Below are positions 46,141-56,100 of a stretch of 64,000 bases of DNA, piece by piece (within the stretch, counting starts at the first letter, position 1; each line of letters starts with the position of its first letter). Where the stretch lies: positions 434,001 through 498,000 of the forward strand of contig VRMN01000011.1 of assembly GCA_008690995.1 (NCBI GenBank), written 5' to 3'. The notes beneath the pieces were generated by a model. The model was not told where the DNA came from. It was given only the letters and a program-made list of their open reading frames with translations, and ran no database searches. The position numbers were made by a program, and so were the translations under genes. Source of the stretch: Porphyridium purpureum. Lineage: Eukaryota.

Positions 46141-46692
46141 ATGGGTGAGACTGGAACGGAGGGAGCGGGCCAGCCCGTAGCAGAGGCGGCAGCCACAGCG
46201 GCAGCACCGCCGACGCAGATGATCGGGCCTTTCAAGTATGTGAGCGAGTGGGCGAAGCACCATAACGGAATATTGTTTCGCATGCTGCGGCTGGAGAATC
46301 AGATCAAGGATGCCGGCTTGCCGAGCGTGTCGAAGGCCGATATTGAAGAGTTTAAGGCCGAGAATCCGGTCATGGGCGCACGGTATGATCTAAACAAGAC
46401 GATTCTGATGAGGCAGGTCCAGGTGGCGGGCCTCGTCGTGTCGTCCTTTGTCGCGGTGTTTGCGTACACTCGCCAGCCGGCCGCGTTGTTCACAGCTGGT
46501 ATCGCTGCGGTGACCGTGCCTGCCGGGTCCAAGCCTTTCATCAGCTTTTACTACGGCTCGTACAAATACGACCAGACGAAACCGAACGAGGAGCTCGGGA
46601 AATGGTATCTCCGCAAGCACGGCATCACGCCACACCCATACGCTCATCAGTACCTGGCCGATCCGTCCGGCCGAGCGAGTCCAGAGATGTGA
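46141..46692 (+). CDS. Small two-TM protein resembling plant succinate dehydrogenase subunit 6 (SDH6)
   Basis: LPSVSKADIEEFKAENPVMG and YKYD...KWYLRK resemble my recollection of plant SDH6 (LPSWSxxDVEEFIASDPVHG ... YKLD...WWERK), with two hydrophobic segments between them. Confidence 0.6.
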   Translation: MGETGTEGAGQPVAEAAATAAAPPTQMIGPFKYVSEWAKHHNGILFRMLRLENQIKDAGLPSVSKADIEEFKAENPVMGARYDLNKTILMRQVQVAGLVVSSFVAVFAYTRQPAALFTAGIAAVTVPAGSKPFISFYYGSYKYDQTKPNEELGKWYLRKHGITPHPYAHQYLADPSGRASPEM

Positions 46693-46706
46693 AGGTTTCA
46701 CTTATT

Positions 46707-49427
46707 TTATTGGGTTGGATAAATACAGAGGTCTGTCTCTACATTCGAGAACACAAAGCCGTGCTTCAAAAATGCTGCTTGAGGCGCACCCGGCGCGCGC
46801 GTGTGGAGGACGTCAGCGCGAAGCGCGTACGCCTTTGGGAAAGCGCGAAGCAGGTTACCGGATGGCAAGCTCCACGCCTTCGCTGCAGAGTCACCGCTAA
46901 CAATCATGCTCTTGTCGAAGAAGCCCACCAGCACAAGACCGTTTCGTGAGCGGCAGCGAGAGGTGCCCACGCGTAGCTCACCACTTGCTCCACACGCCAT
47001 ATCCTGTAACACGGCGTTCGGATCTCTGCTGTTCGCGTTTGACGGTGCGAGCACGTCGCCCAGTGCGCGGTCTAATAATTCTATCGTTGCCGGTTCGCTT
47101 CGGAGATACATGAGTCCCGGATCAACGCATGGTTGCGAGTTCGCATTGGCACACAAGTTCCGCGTACTTTCCGCCGCACGGACCAAGCTCGACAAGGCAA
47201 GAGAAACCGAGTCTTGAGACACGGGAAAAAGGCGCCTCATTGCCTGCAACGGGTGATCGAGCCACACCGTATCTACTTGCGTAAAAATGACGTGGTAGCC
47301 CATGCGCAAGAGCCTCAGAGCCACGCTGTACCTGATGAAATCTAAGCGACGCTGCAACGCCGCTGGCTTCCTCTGAGCAGTCGCCATCGCATGTGCGGAT
47401 CCTGCGTGATCATCCCACAGGGCGGCTGCCTCCTGCTCAAGAAATACGGGCCAACCACGCACAAACGCAAACCTGTACGCCTCGTCGTTCAGTGCCACAA
47501 GAATAAAACTTGAGACCCCGAGAAGACGCATATTGCATACAAAGTTCATGGCAGTGCGACGATTGAGGCGTTTCTCATTCTCGTCTTCGTGTTCGTCCGT
47601 TTTGCCAATTTTAAATTTGCCATCCAGTACCGCCACCACGACTGTCCTATCCGCACGAGCGGTGCTGCCAGATGCAAAAATCACCTCGGTGAGGTACCTG
47701 AGAGTGAGAGGCAACCCAACCTGGGCAGCACGACCTACGGAAGATTTGCTAGTCTCACCGCCACCGCTACTGCTACCTGCAGATGCGGCAGCAGGACCAG
47801 CATCGGGAGATACACCGGTGAGCCCCCAACTAAACTCAGCCAGTTCCACATCGTCCATACCCAAAGCGGAATTTACGCCTGCGATAGGCGCACTAGCACT
47901 ACCTAGCTCCTGCTGCTTGGATGCGCCTGCGCCGTCGCCTACTGAGACCAGTCCGCAGCAGATGATGCGCCCAGAGTCGATGACATACGCGTCGCTTTGC
48001 GTGGACGACACCAGCGAGCTGTACTCGCAGCGACACGCGTGCGGACGCTTGCGAAAAAAATTGCAAAACGCCTGCTTTTCGTAGCACGAGCCGATTTTGA
48101 ACGGAGCATGCAAGATTGTGCCCATCTGGTTGCGGTACGATCCATGCGCGGCCGCCAGGTAGCTATTGATAAAAAACTCGAACGAGCCGCTTTTCCCGGT
48201 GTTCCAAAAGCTGCGCTTCAGACCCGTTTTGGAGACACCGGGACCGCCAGCCACGGCAGACACCCCTGTCTTGTTCGCCGCCAAACCAGCGAGTACGTGG
48301 TTCATGTGACGCGACTTGACCAGATGATAATCATGCTTTACGTGTGTGAGCGTGCATGCCTCGGACACATCGATAACAGTGCGAAACCCGGCCGCAATCG
48401 CCTCGTGCGTGAGCCAGTTGTCATACTTGCCTCGGCCGTACACAAAATGTGGCATGTGATTGGCAAACAGAGGAGGGCCATTCGTGTTCCACGCCCACAA
48501 ATCGATACCTCCGTACGTGTGCAGGCTGCCAAAGTCTCGCACGTAGCGCACCAGCACACGCCGTGCGCGAGCCGCGCTCATTCCCATTGTGTCCGGAAGC
48601 TGATCGAGGTCCCAGCGCGCACCCACAATCATCCAATCTTCGTAATCTGCCTGCGTCTTGATCAGCACGTCCACGAAGTCGTCAAACAGCAGAATGTCCG
48701 AGTTCATTAGAACCGAGATTGACGCTGTGGATTCATTTGCTCGCTCCACCATTGAGTTGAATAGGGGAACACCGGCAAAATTTGTGTCAACGCGCTCGTC
48801 AATGTGGATGCCGTACTTGGTGCTCACTTCGTCGTACCCTTCCGCGTAGCCGAGAAAGACCACCTTGGGTTTGGGCCGTAGCGCCAACCACGACTCGATG
48901 GCACGCAGTTGATTGATCGCGTCGGCGCCCACAAATGGCTTGGGAGCGGTGTAGACTGTATACGTGAACGAGTGGATCTGCGAGGCCTTGGTATTTGGCA
49001 GCACCTGCTGCGCCGTCCAGGCACCATTCAGGCCGCTACTTCTGTTATGATTCGTGTAAGGTGTGTCACCAGAAGCGTGGCCCGCTGCGGCGGTCGAGCC
49101 ATGCGACGAGGTCTGCACATCGTACGCGCTCAAATGAAGCAGCATCGTTTGTCGCGCAAAGCGTTCGAGCGCAATCTCCTCGCGCGTGCGCACCGAGTAG
49201 CCCGTGGACAAGCCCTGCATGTACTTACTCGACCGGAAAAACGACAGCTGCATCAACGCCGGCAGCAGCAGCTGCGACAGCACGAGCGTGGTCAGCACGC
49301 CTCCCCATGCCATGCTCATATTGCGATGCGTGCATTGCGCGCTCACAAACGCAACAACTTGAGTCACATACTGGAGCACACTCTCTCCTACCCGCGAGCG
49401 CAGCACACGTCCGTCCAACTTGCCCAT
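46707..49427 (-). CDS. RAY1-like two-domain glycosyltransferase (C-terminal GT77 nucleotide-diphospho-sugar transferase)
   Basis: Type-II membrane anchor. N-domain: YTAPKPF.G, AIESWLAL, DTNFAGVPLFNSM, NSDI, LWAWN, PHFVYGRG. C-domain: MNFVC.MR.LG, LRMGYHVIFTQVDTVWL. Confidence 0.8.
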   Translation of the reverse strand: MGKLDGRVLRSRVGESVLQYVTQVVAFVSAQCTHRNMSMAWGGVLTTLVLSQLLLPALMQLSFFRSSKYMQGLSTGYSVRTREEIALERFARQTMLLHLSAYDVQTSSHGSTAAAGHASGDTPYTNHNRSSGLNGAWTAQQVLPNTKASQIHSFTYTVYTAPKPFVGADAINQLRAIESWLALRPKPKVVFLGYAEGYDEVSTKYGIHIDERVDTNFAGVPLFNSMVERANESTASISVLMNSDILLFDDFVDVLIKTQADYEDWMIVGARWDLDQLPDTMGMSAARARRVLVRYVRDFGSLHTYGGIDLWAWNTNGPPLFANHMPHFVYGRGKYDNWLTHEAIAAGFRTVIDVSEACTLTHVKHDYHLVKSRHMNHVLAGLAANKTGVSAVAGGPGVSKTGLKRSFWNTGKSGSFEFFINSYLAAAHGSYRNQMGTILHAPFKIGSCYEKQAFCNFFRKRPHACRCEYSSLVSSTQSDAYVIDSGRIICCGLVSVGDGAGASKQQELGSASAPIAGVNSALGMDDVELAEFSWGLTGVSPDAGPAAASAGSSSGGGETSKSSVGRAAQVGLPLTLRYLTEVIFASGSTARADRTVVVAVLDGKFKIGKTDEHEDENEKRLNRRTAMNFVCNMRLLGVSSFILVALNDEAYRFAFVRGWPVFLEQEAAALWDDHAGSAHAMATAQRKPAALQRRLDFIRYSVALRLLRMGYHVIFTQVDTVWLDHPLQAMRRLFPVSQDSVSLALSSLVRAAESTRNLCANANSQPCVDPGLMYLRSEPATIELLDRALGDVLAPSNANSRDPNAVLQDMACGASGELRVGTSRCRSRNGLVLVGFFDKSMIVSGDSAAKAWSLPSGNLLRAFPKAYALRADVLHTRAPGAPQAAFLKHGFVFSNVETDLCIYPTQ

Positions 49428-49960
49428 ACCTACCTCTCAAACACCTGCTCCACAGCCCACGGAAACCCCGCGTCCACCTGTTTCCTCCTCGTACTCCATC
49501 ATGGCCTTCAAACCCGCTACGCCTCCGACGCAAAAGCTGCTTCCCCCCCGCGCGACTCGCCTCCTAAGTAAATTAGGGTTTCTATTCTGCTGTCCCTCAA
49601 TACTGTACACACTGTACAAATTGAAGACGCTGTACTCGCTGTTCAGGTGCTGTTGGGGTGTTTCGTGTTGCTTGGGACGAGTTGCAGCGTGATCGGTGGG
49701 TTGGAGGAGGGTTACTTGACATGTCTGACTGGTGTGGCATGGCCACTGTGTGTGCGTTAGAGGCCGATTAGGACGTACATGGCGATCATGATGATGATTA
49801 CAACGATGGTTAAGATGGCGGTGGTGGTCCAAGCGCACGCGCAACTTTTGGGCAAACGTCTCTTGGTAATCCACTTCGGTGTAAATGTGGTTTGGTAACT
49901 TTAGTTGAGGTGGACAGTTAGCTGTGGCGGCGTGAGAATGATACACGTCGACGAGTCAGT

Positions 49961-50299
49961 CTACCATGCGGCGCTTTCGCCAATGTACGCGCTGCACTTC
50001 GGGCAGGTGTGCAGCGCACTGTTGGTTCCGCCATTGCAGAGGCCAGGGATGAACACGCAGCACAGCCCCGTGACGATGCAGATGCCCCAGTTCAGCGCGT
50101 TGCACGAGTTGTACTCCACGCGGGTCTGTACCTTCTCGCCGCACGCGCCGCACATCGTGACCTGCGGGTGCTTGCCCATCCTGGCTGCGCCCATCTGCAC
50201 ATCCACAGTCTGCTGAGCAGCAGCCGGAGCCGGAGCTGCAGCTTGTGCGGTAGTCGCGCCGGTGTTCATGGTCGATTGCATCTGGTCCGCGGACGCCAT
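49961..50299 (-). CDS. LITAF-domain protein (copy 1)
   Basis: CGAC...TRV, hydrophobic ICIVTGLCCVFIP, then HTCPKC. Confidence 0.9.
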   Translation of the reverse strand: MASADQMQSTMNTGATTAQAAAPAPAAAQQTVDVQMGAARMGKHPQVTMCGACGEKVQTRVEYNSCNALNWGICIVTGLCCVFIPGLCNGGTNSALHTCPKCSAYIGESAAW

Positions 50300-50933
50300 G
50301 GTAGCTTCTGCTCGCTGATTGGATCGAATGCGGAATTCGCTACTTGACGCTTGCTTGACTGGCTGCTTCGTTGGGAGTTTGTCCAATTGCTCGGTATGGC
50401 CAGTATGCTCAGTTTCTGGTGCTGTTTCTGTTGTTGTTGCTGTTGCTTTCAGTGGCTCTCTGTTTCGGACATCACCCACCTGTCTCGAGCTGCGTCTTTA
50501 TGTCCCGCCCCGCACCCTGCCGCATGCGCCACCTGCCGCGTGTGGCTTACATGGTAGTACAGTGTAAGTCGCAAACCATTTCTGACAGGTCAGCGCGCTG
50601 AGCGTGTCGGGCTTCGTGTCGGGCTTCGTGTCGCTCAACAGCCGGCGCGCGGACGACGATCCTCGTGACTGTGAAAGCACGTCGCTTACATGTCTGCTGA
50701 TGAGTCGTGAACGCGCGCCGAACAAACTCGCTGCGCAACGGCCGCGCGGCTATTTAGGAGCGCGGGCCGTGCCGCATTGATCCAAACACGGAAGATTGCA
50801 CAAGCTAAAAGCAACCAGTCGAGAAGCAGCAGAGCCAAAAGCAAGCAGCGAAAACCAAGAAGCAGAAAGCCTTTGCAAGAACACCAGCTCCTTTGATTTG
50901 CATTTTTCAGGCGTCGGCAAAGACAGCATCAAT

Positions 50934-51278
50934 ATGGCTTCCGTCCAGCAGCAGTCGTGCGCGGAGAACTTGAACGCGACCGGCGCTGCGACAGAAGCAC
51001 CTGCGCAGCCGCAGCTGGAGTCGCGGCAGACCGTGTACGTTCAGACCGGCCCGGTCAAGATGAGCAAGCACCCGCAAGTGACGGTGTGCGGCGCGTGCGG
51101 CGAGAAGGTGCAGACGAAAGTGGAGTACAACTCGTGCAATGCGATCAACTGGGGCATCTGCATCTTCACAGGGCTGTGCTGCGTGTTCATCCCGGGCCTC
51201 TGCAACAGCGGAACCAACACCGCGCTGCACACCTGCCCGAAATGCGGCGCGTTCGTTGGCGAGAGCTCCGCATGTTAA
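50934..51278 (+). CDS. LITAF-domain protein (copy 2)
   Basis: Near-identical LITAF domain to copy 1, on the opposite strand. Confidence 0.9.
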   Translation: MASVQQQSCAENLNATGAATEAPAQPQLESRQTVYVQTGPVKMSKHPQVTVCGACGEKVQTKVEYNSCNAINWGICIFTGLCCVFIPGLCNSGTNTALHTCPKCGAFVGESSAC

Positions 51279-51451
51279 GCACATTCCGTTTCTAACATTA
51301 AAAAACATTTCTCATTCAAGAAAGTACAGCGCTGTACCTACCGAAGCGGTGCGGTTGCGGGCGCGTGGGCGCGTGGGCGCGTGGGCGTTGGGCGGCCGGG
51401 ACAAGCGGCGTGCGTGTTGGTGGCGGTGTTGTACGCGTGGATGAACACGTC

Positions 51452-52825
51452 ATGGAAGGCTGTTTCTGCGTGAATCCGAACGCGCTGCGTACGGAGCTCG
51501 CGCAGCGCGTCCAAGGAGGCCGGAGTCGCGCGCGTCAGTGTTCTGCGAGCAGAGGGTCTGGCCGAACTCTGCGACCTGTGCCTCGGAGATGGCGTCCAGT
51601 GGCGTTGGAGATGAGCGGGAGTCGCGAAACAATCGAGACCGAGAAGGGTCGGTATGCGCAGCGGGGCGTATCTGCGGATAAAACAGACGTGCATAATGCG
51701 ATCCAGCAGTTGGATAAGGGCCTGTTTCCCCGTGCATTTTGCAAGATTGTGCCAGATGTGCTAGGTGGCGATCCGGACTTTTGCAACATCATGCATGCCG
51801 ACGGTGCCGGCACCAAGAGCTCGCTAGCATACCTGTACTGGAAGGAAACGGGCGATCTGAGTGTGTGGCGAGGCATTGCGCAGGATTCGGTGATCATGAA
51901 CGTGGACGACCTGCTGTGCGTGGGCGCGACGGACTCGATTTTGCTTTCATCGACAATCGGTCGCAACAAGAACCTGATTCCAGGTGAAGTGATTGCAGAG
52001 ATCATTAATGGAACGGAGCAGGTTCTTCAAATGCTGCGCGACCACGGCGTGGGGATTATTTCGACAGGTGGCGAGACTGCGGACCTGGGCGACCTGGTTC
52101 GTACGGTTGTTGTGGACAGCACTGTCACTTGCCGAATGAAACGCGCAGACGTTATCTCCAACCACCGTATTCAGGCAGGGGACATTATTGTGGGGCTGGC
52201 CTCTGACGGCCCGGCTGCGACTTACGAAGAGGCGTACAATGGCGGCATGGGCAGCAACGGGCTCACCTCTGCACGCCACGACATGTTTGACGCCATGTAC
52301 GCGGACAAGTACCCCGAGACGTACGACCCGCAATTACCGCGCTCGCTGGTGTACTGTGGGAGCAAGAAGCTGACTGATCCAGCCGGGGAAGACACTTGCG
52401 TGGACGTAGGTTCACTGGTGCTGTCACCGACACGAACGTACGCGCCGATCATGAGCGCGGTGCTGCGTGAGATGCGCGAGGCGGTGCACGGCATGGTGCA
52501 CTGCTCTGGCGGCGCACAAACCAAGGTGCTGCACTTTGTGGAGCAGGTCCACATCGTCAAGGACGCGCTGTTCCGCACGCCGCTGCTGTTCCGGATGATC
52601 CAGGCGCAGAGCGGCACGGCGTGGGCGGAGATGTACAAGGTGTTCAACATGGGCCACCGCATGGAGGTGTACGTGTCGACTCAGGCCGCCGCGGACCGCA
52701 CCATCCAGATTGCACGGCAGTTCAACGTGAACGCGCAGGTCATTGGGCACGTGCTACCTTCCCCCGATGGCAGCTGCAAGGTGCTGGTCCAAGGCGAGCA
52801 CGGTCACTTTGAGTACACCAAGTGA
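51452..52825 (+). CDS. purM: Phosphoribosylaminoimidazole (AIR) synthetase, Bacteroidetes-like type, with putative plastid transit peptide
   Basis: RYAQRGVSADK, HADGAGTKS, MNVDD, GGETAD, GSNGLT, HCSGG and EMYKVFNMG, preceded by a ~53-aa Arg/Ser-rich leader. Confidence 0.92.
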   Translation: MEGCFCVNPNALRTELAQRVQGGRSRARQCSASRGSGRTLRPVPRRWRPVALEMSGSRETIETEKGRYAQRGVSADKTDVHNAIQQLDKGLFPRAFCKIVPDVLGGDPDFCNIMHADGAGTKSSLAYLYWKETGDLSVWRGIAQDSVIMNVDDLLCVGATDSILLSSTIGRNKNLIPGEVIAEIINGTEQVLQMLRDHGVGIISTGGETADLGDLVRTVVVDSTVTCRMKRADVISNHRIQAGDIIVGLASDGPAATYEEAYNGGMGSNGLTSARHDMFDAMYADKYPETYDPQLPRSLVYCGSKKLTDPAGEDTCVDVGSLVLSPTRTYAPIMSAVLREMREAVHGMVHCSGGAQTKVLHFVEQVHIVKDALFRTPLLFRMIQAQSGTAWAEMYKVFNMGHRMEVYVSTQAAADRTIQIARQFNVNAQVIGHVLPSPDGSCKVLVQGEHGHFEYTK

Positions 52826-53180
52826 CGCACCCACCCCACCCAACCCCTCGAAACCCGTCTCCCAACTGAACACCCTCCGTAAAGCGTCACAGAACACCCG
52901 TCCCCTCTTGAACCGCTTGCTGCATTCCGTGCCGTGCGATCGATCTTGTTCTTACCACAAGTACCCCGTTTTGATACGAACGGAAGCTCGCGCGGCGTTG
53001 TGATTGAACGCGTCTGTTTTGCAGACAGCGTTTGTCCCGGTCAATTTTGTTCGGACGTGCGGCCTGCCTTGGTGAGCGAGAGTGAGCGAGAGTGAGCGCG
53101 TGTGTGGTTGCGGATGCTCGACGCAGCTTGCGTGCGGGAAGGCTGGCAACGTACGAAGACAGACTGCAGCGCGCCTGGTG

Positions 53181-56100
53181 ATGAGCAGTTCTGGCCAGGA
53201 AAACATGGTGCCGTCGGCGCCAGTCTCTGGGCGCCCCGGGTTGCTGGAACGATGGGTGCGCTCGAGAACCAAGCTCATGGACTTTTTCTCGCTCAGCGCG
53301 CCGTCTGCTACGGGCGCTGCGGGAGGCGCGGCAGACGCAACGGCAGCGTCCTCGGCAAAGAGCGGCAGCGCGGCGAGGAGGAAGGAGCATGCGCTGATCA
53401 GGTCTCGCTCGAAAAGCCATGCTGAGGTCGTGGGCCGCAGCGCGTCCGCGCCGCCGTCGCATCTTGGCAGTGCACGGAATTTGTTTGCAGCGGAAGCCCA
53501 CGACGAGCCGGAAGACGACGGCGCACAGAACGGCGTGTCGACAGTCTCATACCAGGATTTGGTCTCGCCGAAGCACCGCACAACCGAGCGAGAAAATGGA
53601 AACCGGGAAGACACGTCGTCTCTGCAGAAAAGAGCAAAAGAAGCTGCCGCGCCGAATGGCTCCACGAGCGGCAGCCAAGTCATGGATGGTCACAACCACG
53701 ACAGATCTGTTCTTGAGCAGGTCGGAGCTACGCAAACAGGCACAGCAGCATCTCTTGCAGTGAACCCGCAGATCGAGAATGGGCTTGTTGCGAGAGAGTT
53801 CGTGTCGGTGCCCGGTAAAGTGCACCCGGGTACAGCCGACAGGGTAAAAGGCGATGAACAGCGAACTGGCGGTTATGAGGACTCTGTTGGCGACGAGACG
53901 GCTCGAGCTTCTGAATCCAAAGCGGCGGAGGCTCTGCAGCCGCTTTTCACCGCGAATGAGGCTGTGTATCTAGTGCAGACCATGAGCAAGTACACAGAGT
54001 TGGCACAACGGCACCCAAACCTAGTACCGCGGACACTAGCTGCGACAGAGCAGAGATCTCGCGCACGTAGGGAAGCGCTAAATCGCTCGGGTGGTACGGG
54101 CGTGCTTACCTCCGAGGATGAGGTTCTTTTCCAGGCCGAGCTGGCGGCCATTCATGCGCTTCGTGAGTTTGCGGATTTGGTCGTTTGGGCCGACCGCCAC
54201 CGAGCCGAGGAGTTATGGGCTGCGCTCGAGCTGGTCGAGGTCATGCCAACAATGGCACACTGCCTTGTAGTGGGCTCGCGGGACGTCATTGTGCAAGTGT
54301 ACCAGGCGCTGGCCATTTCAATCCAGAGTGTTACAGAAACTTCTTCACTTGCGCGGCTTTTCCACAGCTATGATGTGACAACAACTGCGATTATGTGCGA
54401 GTTTGAGGTGAGTGACGAGGACATATTATACCTTTACCTCAGCTGCATGAAGACCATTGCGCAGCGGCTTGACGTGGGCACCATGGAGCTGCTACGATTC
54501 TTCTTCAATCAGGAAACCAAGGAAATGCCCATCTATTCGTATTCGTTGCGATTCTACGATCACGAGGACGGCATTGTGCGCACAGCTGTGCGCAACATCA
54601 CGTTGTGTATCTTCCGCCTCCCCGTGCCCGAGCTGCACGACTTGATTGTCACGCAAAGCGAGGACAAGCGCCATTATTTCCGCCGCTTTGCGAGGTACGT
54701 TTCGAGCATGGCATCAACGACCCGCAAATTGTACGCACGCTATCGTTTGCACGTCTTGGGACAGGACAGAGCCTCCTCAGAGTCCGGCGTGCGGGCCCAG
54801 GTCCCGACAGTTGCAAAGACGCCCGCCACAACTGCGATGTCTGCACGCGCCAACTCGAGCAACCCGCTTCCTGAGGATGGAAAGGCCAGTGGCAGTGGAG
54901 CGACGGTCCAGGGTGTGCATGGTGGCGACAGTGGCAGTACAAGTGCCACGGACGCCGCGCACGCCAAGGAAGCGAGAAGACTGCGCAACCTGTTTTACGA
55001 TCACGTGAGCGAGATCTCCAATTTGTTTGAGTATGCGAACGAAATCATGCGCGTGAGCCGTGAAAAGCTTGCGCCCTGCTTGGGTGCCATTTTGGTGGAC
55101 GACTTCTTCCGCTCAATCATCGGTGTGGTAGCGCGCAAAGGCCCGCAATGTCAAGGAAGTCCCAGCACCCAGGCGCAGGTAGCGTCCGCCGCTCTCATTT
55201 TTAGCATAGCTTTACAGCGTATCACTGATCAGCTGCTGTCACAAGTGCTTGCGCTCGAGACGCTCGCACCTCAGGGCCAGCAGCGCTCGAAGATGACATT
55301 TTGTCAGGGTCTCAAAGTGTTCACGGCGATCTGCGAGGACGAAACATCGCTGTTGATTGCGCTCAACTGCTTTGTTTTCCTGCTGCGCGATCGCATCGTC
55401 ACGCTTGAGGATTTGTATTCACAAGGACTCATGATGACGTCGAGCAGTCGAGGGGATTTGGTATTTGACGTCACGAACCTCAAGGCGCGCAGCGCAGAGG
55501 ACGGCGACGGAACCGAGCCTTCTGTTTCTTTTGAACAGTTGGCTGGAGAAGGTGGGCAAGGCGAGGGACTCTCTCGCGGTCGTGGTCACGCTGCACTTCC
55601 GACGCCGGGTGAGCATTACAAGCGTGACGTGCATGACTATGACGAGAGTGTGGGTGGGTGCACAGTGGACAGCAGGGCAGCTAGTCGGTGTTCATCGCGC
55701 GCGCATCTGAACGCGAGCATGTCTGTATCGAATCTGTATGACTTTGATCCGCACGATTTGCTTTGGATGAGCTCACCGCACAATTCGTCGAGTCAACTTT
55801 TGAAGACGGCTTCCTTGAATGCACGCCTTGTGCAGCTCCCGAACCTGAAGCTGGGGCGTTCGCTGGGTGCTGGCGAATCTGAGACGCCTACGCCGCAGCG
55901 AAAACAAATGCTGTCGACGGCTTCGCCGTCGGGGCAGGAAGGTGCGACTTGGATATCGTCAACCCAATCCGCAGCAGCAACAACATCAGGAGCGGCCGAC
56001 GCCGAACACTTGGAGGATGCGCCACTGGAGGAGGTGCTATACACGCTGTTCTTTTATTCGCACAAGCTCAAAAGCATCCGCGTGTTTGCGAATGCGGCGT

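Noticed and set aside
49573..49581. Telo-box (TTAGGGTTT) upstream of the GT gene
   Set aside because: Single 9-mer, not tandem and not before a translation-related gene.
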